From assembly GCA_047495785.1 (NCBI GenBank), contig JBLDXI010000004.1, forward strand, positions 1,302,001 to 1,366,000: a DNA stretch of 64,000 nucleotides, in the 5' to 3' direction. This stretch comes from Lepidodermella squamata. Its lineage: Eukaryota; Animalia; Gastrotricha. The position numbers and the translations under genes are program-made. This document shows, piece by piece, positions 1 through 11,910 of this stretch (positions are counted from its first letter, which is position 1; each line of letters opens with the position of its first letter). The notes under the pieces were generated by a model, which saw only the letters and a program-made list of their open reading frames with translations, searched no databases and was not told where the DNA came from.

Positions 1-397
1 CGGGAAGAGTTGGATGAATGGCAAATGTTCAAGTTTGAAGTAATCTTTTGCGCAGAGAGGGCTGATTAAGTTTATATCAATTCCTTAAATGAACCGAATC
101 CGAAAGCAACGCCTTTGCGGGCTATTTTTTAAGGTGGGCTGTGCTCTTGTTCCTACCTACCAGTAATTTATTCACCGCGGCATCATTATCTCTCTGTCGT
201 GCTGGTTGTTCGATATTTCTGTCTCATTTCTCGTTCGCGTTGTAAAACACCTCTGAGATTTGTAATTTGTACGTGGCCGAGTTATCAACGATGTGGAAGA
301 GGTTATTTCAACCTTCAGTTCAAACTCTGCCATATAACTCTAGTCATAAATAAATTGTATTATCCATCTTCTTGTTCGGGCAAGTTAATTTTTCTAA

Positions 398-1274
398 TCA
401 TTCTTTTAAGGTGACATGATTCCACGGAATTACTTTGATTAGAATACAAAAAATATTTAAGGCGGTTTCTAGGGATCGTCGAGCCTCCTCGGCAGTAGGC
501 GGTTGCACTGCGGCAGCTTCTTCGGTCGCGTTCGAGGCGAACTCGTATTCCTCGCGTACGACTTCGACGACGCTGTTGATAGAGTTTTCGTCTTGAATCG
601 AGTCTTCGGCCGCCACCTCAACATCAGCATTGAGCCACGCCAATGTCGCGGCCTCGTTATCGGCCATAGGGAAAAGCGCGCCGATGGCCAAAGGGAGTCG
701 GTCAAGCCCGTCGTTTCCGTCCTGACCGTCCTGACCTTGTTCTAACAGTTCTTCACCAACGATGCTTTCGATGATGGGGTTCGCCTGGTCTGCGAAACAC
801 TGGCCCAAAGTTTTGTCCCAGCATTTCGTATTGGTGGCCGAATTTTTCAAGAGGTTGAAAGCTTCGCCGATCAATTCGCATGCGTCCTTGAGGCTTAGTA
901 ATTTGAACCTGGCCCAGAAAGTGGTGAAGCTGGGCTCCTCGTCCTCGCCAATCAGGTGATCCATCAGCAACCGGCGGTAATCGGCTTTGAACTTGGCGAT
1001 GGAACCGCCGTCCAATGGCTGGGCGATGCTGGTAGTGTTCGGAGGCAGGAAAAGGCATTTGATGTTGCCAGCAGGTGTTGACAGGCTTTCAACAAGACAA
1101 ACAAAAGGAAGTTATGACGGAACAGATACATACCTTCATACGCGAAACCGTCGCGGGATCAACGTTAAGCTCGTTTGCCGGCTGCATCCTGTTTTTCTCC
1201 CCACTTCTCAATGCCTGCATAGCTGTAACCTGAGTCTTCAAATTAATGCTTCTTCCTCGTGCCATTAGATACAA
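398..1274 (-). mobile_element. Internally deleted pogo/Tigger-like (CENP-B HTH + DDE_1) transposase remnant
   Basis: 1089-1274 encodes an HTH_psq-like N-terminus (…ELNVDPATVSRMK). It joins across a short intron-like gap, out of frame, to the DDE_1 C-terminal motif FLPPNTTSIAQPLDGGSIAKFKADYRR and an acidic tail (398-1015). The central HTH and DDE portions are missing. Confidence 0.8.
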
Positions 1275-2688
1275 CAGATTTCGGGGCTTGTGTCACGCTC
1301 ATGATTTCCAAAAAATTCAAAAAAATTTGGTATAGGTATTTATTGTAAAATCTAAAAGCGAAAGAAGCCGATAGCTAGCCATTTTAATTCATAAAACGAA
1401 TCTGCAAACAACAAACCAGACTTTCAAATAGAAAAATTTTGGCAGAGCCTTCGGCCGCCCCTCGGGATGTTGCAATATTCAAAGTCAAAATTAAAAATTA
1501 AAAATGAGGAATTAGTATCCGGAAACCTGTAGTCGAGGTCGTCAAGTAGATCTGAGGGACGTTTTGGCATAATTCAACATGAAACTCGTTACAGGTAATC
1601 AGAGGAAAAATCATAAGTAAAATTGAAACACATGAAAATTGATTTAAAAAAACATATTTTAATAGCTGCATTAAAAGAAAGAAGAATGAGTAGGTTATTC
1701 CGATAATTTCAATGATTGCGCAACACGATAACTGGGTCAGACAGACAATTCGAAGTTAAAAAAATCGAAAAAATCTACACATCTATAAATTTCCTTGCAA
1801 AATAAATCATCTTCAGTTTCATTCGGCCCAAAAATGTCTTCATCCAGCTGTCTAAGGGCCGCTAACAGCCTTCAAGTGAACTCTGGTCTATGTAAGATTG
1901 GTTTATGAGCGAGTAAGGTGATATAAGAATTCGGAATAGCTTATTAAATGACAAATAATCATCATATGTAATTTTTAAGCTGGCCCACGAGCTGCAAAAA
2001 TCGCAAATTATTGATTACTTCATAAACTACATAAAATCATTGCCATTTTTTTCATAGCCTGCTCGTATTTCTATAACTCCTGAATAACTGTGAAGAGGTG
2101 GTTAGTAATTTCTACAATTAATGTTAGAAGACGAGAGAAACAACATTTCAAACGTAGTAATAACAGGCAAAACTTGGGCAATTGTGGAAGAATGAAAAAA
2201 CACGAACTGCGGGAAAGAAAGTTCTAATTTTATCACTGTTGCGTAACTGCATTTTTTGAGACGACTTCACGCAGTGATCATTCAGCAAAGTGTTTATCGT
2301 CCACTCCGATGGAACTGAAAACAACTTGAAACACGTGTCATTGGGTTGGCAAGAACGCTATTTTTTCCCATTTTCACACATAAATTTTTTAATTCATCGG
2401 AGAATTATTTTTTAATTAATTAAAAAATTACAACTAATTTATTTTGGTTATACGACAAGCGACAAGTGAGCCCAAGACAAAATAATCCCGACAAAATAGC
2501 CACGACAAAATAGACCGGACTGGCTATCCCAAAAACAAAATAGCCCGTGACAATTCGTCCCGAATAAAAATTATTTTTCTCCGCGACAATTCATTCGCGA
2601 CTTTTTGGCCCGAAATATTAATTAATCCAGCGACAATTAAACACGCGACATTCTAACACACGACTCATTAGCGCGATAACACTGCTTA

Positions 2689-3074
2689 CTGTATATCTAC
2701 TAATTTTCGGTGGTCATCAATTTTCGGTTTTGGAGATTTCGGACCTGTACTTTTAATTTCGGTGGATTTGAATTCGGTTCGAGAGTAGATCCTGAGAAAA
2801 AGATTCGAAATTAGTCACATAAAAATTGATTTCAGTGCTTCGATTCAGTGCGTCAATATCTGCTGCTTGCAATATCCTTACTACCTAAAATTGCAGGTAA
2901 CACAATTTTGTCACATTTTACCCTACTTTACCATGATAAAGCTGTATCGTAGAAAAGAAAAATAAATTGGCCGAATATATTTTCGGTGATTTTGAATTCG
3001 GGGTTTCCCCAAAAACACCGAATTCAAAGATCAAACCGAAAATTAGTGACCACCGAAAATTAGTAGATATACAG
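2689..3074. mobile_element. Tc1/mariner-pogo-type MITE
   Basis: TIRs CTGTATATCTACTAATTTTCGGTGGTCA… at both ends, flanked by TA. Confidence 0.85.
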
Positions 3075-3182
3075 TATTTGCCGCCAAGCCGAGCGATATC
3101 GCATCCAACCGGAGACTCGCCTAATGAACCCCCTCGAACAATTTCGCGCCTGAATATCAGCCTGAAGTATCAGCTAAAATAT

Positions 3183-6100
3183 ATATTTAAAATTATTTTT
3201 TCCACCATGCCAACTCACTTTGACGTAGTGCCGACCGTGGCACATCTTTTAAACAATATTGTGGGTGCTAAAAAATCAATTTGACATGGTCCGCTGACCC
3301 TGGTTCGCCAACTTCCGTGTAGGGCCGTATATTGAAGTTGGCGAACCAAGTGTCAGCGAACCAAAATGACACTATCTGAAAATGTGTGCCAAGACTTGAC
3401 CATTCCAAGAATATATCATGTCACATTAGTTGACCCTTTTAATTATGTGCTAAGATGAAGGAACAAGCTTTATTTAAAGCAACTAATTTAATAAAGTGCT
3501 GGGCGAATCAAGTTAGTTTTTAGGTTCGATAGACTGGTAATGCTGGGAATGGAAGTAGACGTAGAGTAGCGGCTTCAATCCGAGATGCTGCTCGCCATGC
3601 ATCCACGTGTTACCGTCAGCGTGGTGGAGCTCCACGGAAACCTGGAAGAGCTCACAGCAAGCTGCGATTGCCTCTTCCCCGGCCCAGAAGCCAACTTGGC
3701 GTAGATTTTCGACTAAATGGCACATTTTTCGGTCAGAAATTGGAAAGGTACAAATTTAGAACTCACGGTAGCGCTCCATTTCCTCGACCATATCCTCCGG
3801 ATCGTCTTCAGGGCTATGGCAAACGTCGCGAGCGCGAACGCCCGCCATGAAATCGAAGAGTTTAACGCGGTTAGCGAGATAATATTCGTAGACTTTTTGT
3901 CGCAACGTGACATGAGTCTCGTGAATGTCGGCCTTTCGCAGTTGATGTGCCAGGGACCAAAAAATACAGTCACCCAGCCCAGGAATTCTATAAACGACGA
4001 AGTTTTCAAGGCCAGCTGGCTTTCGACCTCGTTGCTTCACGATTTCATCGAGATTTTGCGGGCTGTACGAATCGTCAACTTTGAGCCTATATTAGCAATA
4101 TAACACTTTAATTAGCCGAGATAACTTGAAAAGTCAGACTAACAGCTTTGCAGAAATGGCCTCTTCAGATGTGGCTTTAGCAGGCCGACCACGACGTTTA
4201 GCAGGGCGAATCGGAGGGCTTGGCTCCGACGGAACAGGCTGAACAGGCGGAAACGTAGCCTACGCGAAAAATAGCAATGAAATGATAAGACTGAAGTTTG
4301 CTTCGTGAAACTTGCCTCGTTAGTAGATGGACGATGAGGAATCTGTTAAAAACAGATCGGGGCTGACAGAGGAAACGGCGGCGATAGGCACTTTCGTCTT
4401 CGGGTAATAGAGAGGTACGTTTCGACCAATGGACGGTTTCCACTTGCCCTCAAGGCTTTCGATGGCTCTCCGTTTGTTGGCAGTCTTAACTGCTTTGCTA
4501 ATTAGTCGCTTCGCCAGTTTCTTCGAAAGCTTCGCGTCATTGTACGCCTCCATGAGTTTGCCCTTCGCTGCTTCCTTGACTTCTCGAACAACTTGGGCAG
4601 GTTGTAGCCACCGTTTGTTCCGCAGCCAGCTTTTGAAGTTCTTGATAAGAGACTCCGTACCAGCCTGGCTAACACGACCAGTCTTGGACGTAGGAAAGCA
4701 TGCCATAATGAATCCGGCAGACCATAGCGGAAATAATGCGAAGAACTGCGGCTTTTTGAGCAATATTTCAATCGCTGGAAGGCAAAAAACCTCGTTCTTC
4801 GGTCCATTTTTGTTGTTGATAGTTGAAGCATGACTGACGAAGATCTTGTCCTTGCAGCGAGCGAATTGCCGGGAGAACGGAGACTTTTTCGCATAGCTTT
4901 CCTTGAACCCTTCGTACTCAGCATTTTCGTCATCATTCTCTTCCTACATTTCCTCTTCAACCAATGCTTCAACGTCAGGAAAACTTGAATCGTCACCTGA
5001 TCGCTTTTTGTCCCACCATGAGTCATCAAGGAAAGAACGAGCATCTTTTACTGCCGAACTTTCGTGCGAAGCTGCCAGCACAATCACCATTTTCTTCCAA
5101 ATTTGGAATACCTCGGTTCGAGAAGTCGCAGCCTGCAGCGATCCAAAACACTTCAGGATGAAGCGTTTGGCGGCTTTTGACACGCCTTTCGCATTGAGCA
5201 GCCGCGATAAGTCCTTACACAAGTGATTCAAACAGAAGAAAATAGCGGTGAAAAAGAACTGGACCGAGATAGAATCTTCTTTAAAAAACTGGTAGCACTG
5301 GCTCAAATAGCGTTCGATAGGCTTTTTCAAGAAGGACAAGATGCCGTTTAACTCCGCGAAGCAGCAGTCAATCGAGAAAGCTCGTGGTTTTCGGGCCGTA
5401 GGATGAATCATCCGCAACTCGGCCCACCAGAAATCGAGGAATTCCGCAATTCTGCAGCCTCGATGGTCGGCTGAGAACATTTCTCCGATGGGATATTTTA
5501 TTGTCTCGCCAAGAGCGTTCATCAAAACCAGGACGTAGTAATATACTCGCTTCTTCGTTCGACGATCAGCTGGGCAGATTCCACCTGTTGCATCGATAGA
5601 CACCAACGAGAATCCGCGAGCACGCGCGCCAAAATAAGGGTGAAGTGATAGCCTGTACCACAGGAACATTCCGAGCGGTCGTAACTGTTGACAATGAAAT
5701 GCTAGTGAAAATGAACAGCTAAAAGTAAGGTTTCTACTCACGATCGATTTCTGCAGATACCGATCATCATCTGGAAGATTCGCCTCCTCGTCATCCAATA
5801 GATGCAAATCGATGTAGGGATCTTCATGTTGCCGGGTACCTATTAAAAAATCAATTTAGATAACTCGACAATGGAAAGAAACAACTTACCCAATCGGTTC
5901 ATAGTTGAGTGCAACTTCTGTAGCACCGGTTTGCTCGGCACTCGATCTTCATCACCTTTGGCGGCATTCAACAGCTGGCTGTGATAAAAATCAGCCGATT
6001 TGCTTCTCAACTCGGCTGTGGCCTTCACACGGTCCTGATGCTGCAACTTTCCCGGTCGCTTTGCTGCGTGCCCGGTGTGAACACCTATACAAATACAAAT

Positions 6101-7153
6101 AGCAGGTCATATGCCATAAACATTTGCAAATATTAGGCTATCATCAGCTATCTGGAACTTACCTGAAGGAGTAAAGTTGACAGTGAGGCAACCATCAAGA
6201 CTTCGTGAATATCACAGCTAAGTTTGAAAGACAAACAATCCTTTTTGCTGCAGTTGGCCGTAGCTGTCATCATCCCGCTTTCGTTGATGACGTGCGAGCC
6301 GAATTTCAAAGAGCTGGCACACGTCGGGAACTCGGGAACTTTCTCAGCCGCGTTTCGCAATTCAGTTGTCCAACCATCATCCCATTTCCAACGCTTACGC
6401 TGGCCACCCTTCTGAATTGGGACGAACGGATGGACCCCAGCCACCCGAACCTTGATCGCCGAGTCGAGCTCGTCATCATCATTCGAGCTCGTCGCCTTGT
6501 AGGGAAGCTTGTCTTTGCTGCGGCGCCAGTATTCGCAGGCCCGATGCCGGTTGTTGTAGGAATTGTGCCGGTACAATCGCAGTGCCACTTCGCCCCAAAT
6601 AGAATTCTTTTGCCGCCCTAATGCAAACTTGAGTCATTTAAGAGCAGAACAATGAGATTCAATAAACTTACAAGACCATGAGATGTCATCTGGAGCCTTG
6701 TCTAACAAGTCTTTGCAAATTTGTAGAGCCATTGCAATGAAAATTAGATGAAATGAGTATCAGCAGAGAGTTGGCTGGAAAAAGCCGCCAGCAGAAAGGC
6801 GCCATAATGTTAGGTTCAACCTTTGGAACTTCAGACATTCACGTGCAGCTATAAACGCGTGTGATGACAATTTTTACACAGATGATGCTCTTAGTTATCT
6901 AACGTAACAGCAGTGTCACATTGCACTTCCTAAAACATTAAGTCTTGGCACACATTTTCAGATAGTGTCATGGTGGTTCGCTGACACTTGGTTCGCCAAC
7001 TTCAATATACGGCCCTACACGGAAGTTGGCGAACCAGGGTCAGCGGACCATGTCAAATTGATTTTTTAGCACCCAAAATATTGTTTAAAAGATGTGCCAC
7101 GGTCGGCACTACGTCAAAGTAAGTTGGCATGGTGGAAAAATAATTTTAAATAT
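3183..7153 (-). mobile_element. Mutator-like (NOF-FB/Rehavkus-type) DNA transposon with ~215-bp TIRs
   Basis: 3183-3397 and 6940-7153 are near-perfect inverted repeats containing internal GGTTCGC/GCCAACTT motifs and enclose a multi-exon transposase. The left TIR appears shorter than the right. No TSD resolved. Confidence 0.8.
3513..6732 (-). CDS. Multi-exon NOF/MULE-type DDE transposase fused to an AT-hook and C-terminal OTU-like cysteine protease domain
   Basis: Transposase motifs: SIDATG…YYYVL…PIGEMFSADH…FSIDCCFAEL and LFPLWS…SQAGTESLIKNFK. AT-hook KRRGRPAK. OTU triad motifs IPGLGDCIFWSLA / WAGEEAIAA / QHYQSI, joined by a phase-1 intron (~3711-3764). The exact 5' exon is uncertain. Confidence 0.7.
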
Positions 7154-9569
7154 GGTTCGCTAAGGTCCGAAAGTATTGGACCGCCAACTTCAGACACGTG
7201 CTTAATTGATGTTTCTAACAGAATGAGTGAGCATTTCTAAAAATAGAAGCAAATAATTTACGCTCAGGGTGCGAAGTACAGGGGTGCTGGGGTGTCGCGA
7301 CACCCCAGCTCGGTCTGGCGGGAGAAAATGTTAAAATTTAATTGTGTGTGAGTTGTGAAATCCATTATAGAAACCAAAGTAATTAGAGAACACTCATTGT
7401 GAGGACGATGGATGCCGAGTTTTTAAGCAATTTCCGGCTATTCCTGACACTAAAATCGCCAAAAATATCGTCATCGAAAGCTCGCTGCGCTCGCCTCCGG
7501 GTCTAAGGTTGTATAGGGGATTATGCAACGGTGGCTAATTCAAGGTTCGACTATCGACCCTACTTGTAGTTGCATAGAAACCATTTATTTGAACAATGCT
7601 CCGCATCATCTCACTTATATAATTGCCTTGCCATTTTTTATGAGATTTCAGACCCTCCTTCGGGGTGAATTTTAAAAAATTTCCCGCTTCGCTCGTATGT
7701 ATGGCCTAAATTACTGGTAATGTTCAGATATGCAGCACTTTATTCTCAATCCTGTCAGTTCCAGCATTGCTTATCAGCGTCTTGAATTGATTGTTACCGA
7801 AATGGAATTTGTCGAAGACAAGATCGTACATCTTTCTCAATTTTTGGATTTCGAGCTGTAAGATAGCAGATAAATTTCAGGGCGGTACGGCGACAAAACA
7901 GCAACTTCGCAGAACAGCAAATGCGGCAAAACAGCAGATTTTATATTTTGCGACAAAACAGCAAAAACTTACAATGCAAAAGATGCATCCAGCATGGCTA
8001 ATGGATCTGGCGCAATCTATGGCTAAGAACATGACATCCGATTTAGATCCCGTGATCTTCATGCAGGATCAGTGAACTTCAATTGCATGCAAAAAATTAA
8101 TTAATCTGCATTAATTAATCTTCTCATTATTATCCTTTTTTCTGCCATTATCCTTTTTTCTGCCATTCACTTAATACACCAGAAAAAATATCACCCTAAT
8201 TTATCTACCAAAAGCATGACTTTAGTTTCGGTATCTGAATTCATGGGAAAAAAAGTTGGAAACAAATTGGTGGGCCCTAACTTATATTCAAATATTCTTG
8301 AAGTGCTCAATTCCTGCCCCCAATTTATAATCGTCGCATTTACACTAGACTACCCATAATTATCCAAGTTAATTACTTTCACTGTTACGCAATTAACGGC
8401 TTACGAGTCACGCTGTATTTGAAAATTCAATTGAAATTAGTTTGGGCTCCTGCTTGGACAATAAAATGGAACGCTCAACGAAACCCACTAAAATAATTAG
8501 AATATCTCGAAACTATCAATATTTTCTCTTTTTTTTTAATTTTCCAGGTATTTTTCCGAATTACAATGCAGGCTGTCTTGCAACTGCGACAGTGACGCGA
8601 TTCGTTGCATAATTCATTTAAGGAGGATTTTCGCAACATTTAAGAATTGTTATAATTGCGAAATCGATCATTTATATTTACCAGAGAATTTTATGGTTCA
8701 CGTGCCAGGCAACGATGTGATCGCAAAATTGCGATTAACTGATGCCGCAAAGTTTTAGTTTAAAACCGCCTTGCAGTGACTACGGAACAGGGCTCATAAA
8801 AAATTCAAACAAAAATAAAAACAGCGCTCATTTGAGTTAAAGTAAGAATGATGACGCAACAGCCAAAGTAATTAACATCGATAATTACGAAGTAGCTCGT
8901 GTAAATGCGACGAATAATATTGGAAACTGTAACAATTAAAAACTAGGAAATTACGAAATAACGAGAAACTCTAGAAACTCAGAACGCCGCGTTGATTGCG
9001 CAACAACTCTCACGTTGAAACAATTTCGGAATAAAATTTAATCTTATGCACACTGAAATTTTTCGAGGCGAAGTTTTAGCATTTTAGCACAAGTTCCATA
9101 ATCTATATATTCTTCTGATATGGCATACTTTGCTGTTGATGCGGCGATAGCCGACTGTTCGGAGCTGGAGCCCGACGATAAACAGTCGTTGGTCAGCCGC
9201 ATGAAAGGTTTTATTGTTATTTTTTCAGTTTTTTCCGACTAAATCCAAAATCCACAATGGATTCCAGAGCCAAACTTTGGATCAAACTACTGAAGCGAGC
9301 CGATTAAAGATGTATCATGAACCCATGGCGATTCCATTGCAAGGAAATTTTCAAAAAATTTTAAATGATTTAATAAATATATTTAAGTTTTTTGAAAATG
9401 ACTGCCGGAAGGTAAAATTAATTATACCATTTTAGTTATTTTTCCCTCTCATTAATTAATCAAATTGTCGAATATTATCGAAAATAATTTAAGGCCACTC
9501 TGACGATTAAATTGGCAGTAGCCTTCTGGAAATTGTACTCTGGAAATTTTATCCCCCTTAAAGAATACA

Positions 9570-10210
9570 ATACAGAAATTTGAACTATAATTTTCAGAAA
9601 AATTCAACAAATTCCATTAATAGTTTTCAAGTATGTCTCTTATTAATGGGATTAAAAAGTCTGGAGAAATTTGTTCCAACCGAGTAAAATACCGAAAATA
9701 ACCGAACCAGTTACCATCGGGGTTTTCCCCGGTAGAAATTTTTTATTTTTTTTCAGTTAAATCACGGATAAGAGATGTCTATATACGATTGCTACCGTAG
9801 TTTTTCCGTGGCACTACGGTAAAACTACGGAAAAACTACAGCAAGTACTACGATAGAACTACGGAAAAAAAAGTTGCGGAACTATTTTCTAATTTGGTAA
9901 CTCTTTGTAGGAAATTCAAATAATTTTTTCAAATTTACCCTATACCGAGAGAAAAGTCTGACTTTTCTCTGCGATTCAACTGAAGAAATGAAAAATTTAC
10001 CTGAGAAAACCGGTAAAATCCCTACGGTAACTGGTTCGGTAATTTTCGGTATTTTACCCCGTTGGACAAAATTTCTCCAGATTTTTTAATTCTTTTTACA
10101 ACTGGCATACTTGATTACCATTGCCGTAATTTTTGAATTTTTCTAAATATTTTCTGGCCGTTAGATTTGAATTGGTCTCTCATTTTAGAGTTTCTGAACC
10201 ATTTTCTGTG
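9570..10210. mobile_element. Foldback MITE (long imperfect inverted repeat)
   Basis: TCTGGAGAAATTTGTTCCAACCGAGTAAAATACCGAAAAT… (~9660) is inverted at ~10020-10085, with internal CTACGG repeats. Boundaries are approximate. Confidence 0.6.
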
Positions 10211-10796
10211 TATTTTCTTTGCTTGCGGTATTCATGGGACACGCTGTAATATGTAATATTCTCTCGGGAGGTTACTTTTAAAAAATTAGGTGAATTTCAT
10301 TCAAATTTTTTAATTAAAGAATAGTTGCTAAACTTCTAGTACATAAGTGTACTAAAATTCTAGGTAGTCATTGTACTAAACTTTTGTATGGCAATTCACA
10401 GAAATAGTTGACCTTTCGACATCAGCCAATCGGGTTGTAGCGCTAAGTAATAAGAGCCTGAATAACATTTCACCAACAATATTTTCAGAATTTTTGATCA
10501 AGGAAACTCCGCTATGATTAATGAGGTTTTAACAAGTGTTTTTTCTCTTTTCAGTCAAGCCCGAGCTGCGGAAAATCATTCTAGATGGGAAACAAGAGTG
10601 TATTGACGATATTATGCTCGTGTTCTATAAAATCGCGAGACAGCAGACCGACGGATATAAGGCACGCGATTATGAGATTACGCAATCAAACCTCAAAAAG
10701 TAAAAAATAAATCGCCGGCAACTTGTGCTTTGTGCTTCTACTGAACAATTGCGAATAGAAAGCGTAAAGCGTGCGTCAACCTATATTTTGCACTAT

Positions 10797-10830
10797 TATA
10801 TAAGGTGCTGCCATCCAAATTTTCATTCAT
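10797..10830 (+). promoter_or_regulatory. Putative TATA + initiator (TCATT) core promoter of lectin-family copy 1
   Basis: TATATAA at 10797 lies ~26 nt before TTTTCATTCA. The TTTTCATTCA element recurs upstream of copy 5 (~34180) and, on the minus strand, copy 7 (~61895). Confidence 0.45.
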
Positions 10831-10971
10831 TAAATTTTTCACTAAAAATTGTGAACTTTTTTTTGCAAATTCCATTTAATTTTTTTGTCAAGTTTCGGGC
10901 GATCAAATGGTTGCGTATCACGTAGCTATGCTGGTGGCTCTGCTGATGCTAGTGTCAAGCGATGTTGCTTT

Positions 10972-11910
10972 CAGAGTTTTGGTCTGGTCTTTCTAAAGTA
11001 TACCAAACCTATACCAATACCAATACCAATACCGGTCCGAGACCGGTTTGGCCGTAATAAAGGTGATGGTATGGTCTACGGTATAGCTTAAGGCGGTCTG
11101 GTATGGTCTTCCGATGTCGGTATTTGCAAAAAAATCGAAAAGCGCTTCAGCAAGCGATGTAATCCACCTGGCACAACGTGGCGTCTTTGCAGTACACGCT
11201 ACTAGTCAGGTTAAAACGCACATATGTATATTCGCAACAACATGTATATTATTCCAAAGATAAAAATTATTCTGATCATACCGTGCTATACCAAATAATT
11301 GCGCGCGCGTTGAAACATCAACTATCTAACGCTGCGGAATTTTGAAAAACAAATTAGATATTCTGAATCAGCGCAAAAAGTTGGTCTAGAGTGCATGATT
11401 GCGCATGCTTATATTCCAAATTAGGAAAGATATAGAGGAATGAAAAATGCTACTTTTGTGAGCGCGGGCGCGCGTGCACGTCGAAATCAACGCTCACGCG
11501 CATGTGCGCGCGACATCCTTTCAGTACAAGGTGCGCAGTTGTGAGCGGCAAGGCCGCGCGCGGTCAGTCACACGCACACACACACGCGCGCGCCGCGCTC
11601 CGTTCATATTTGCCTCTCAATTTCTTACTCATTTTGACAGATAATTGTGCGCAAATTTGCAAACTAGCCTAACTTTTTGCGCTGATTCGAAATATCTAAT
11701 TTGTTTTTCAAAATTCCGCAGCGTTAAAAAGTTGATGTTTCAACGCGCGCGCAATTATTTGGTATAGGTTTTTGGTATTGGTATTGGTATTGGTATTGGT
11801 ATTTGCCTCTTCGAAACGTAACGATAGCGGTAGTTGGTATAGCACACATTTTTATCTGGTATGGTAGTGGTTTGGTCTTTACTTTTAAATTTGAAAAGAC
11901 CAAAACTCTG
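10972..11910. mobile_element. hAT-type non-autonomous element in exon 1 of copy 1
   Basis: TIR CAGAGTTTTGGTCT, 8-bp TSD GTTGCTTT (10964-10971 and 11911-11918), subterminal ATACCA repeats. Confidence 0.9.
11291..11762. mobile_element. MITE nested in the hAT element
   Basis: Long TIRs CCAAATAATTGCGCGCGCGTTGAAACATCAAC…, flanked by TATA on both sides. Confidence 0.85.

Noticed and set aside
3513-4040. Apparent frameshift in the OTU domain
   Set aside because: Explained by a GTGAGT…TTTAG phase-1 intron that restores the frame.
7877-10703. Possible spliced gene (exon-like pieces at ~7880, 9118-9207, 9229-9343, 10555-10703)
   Set aside because: Could not be joined without stops and has no recognisable domain. 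At most a decayed gene.
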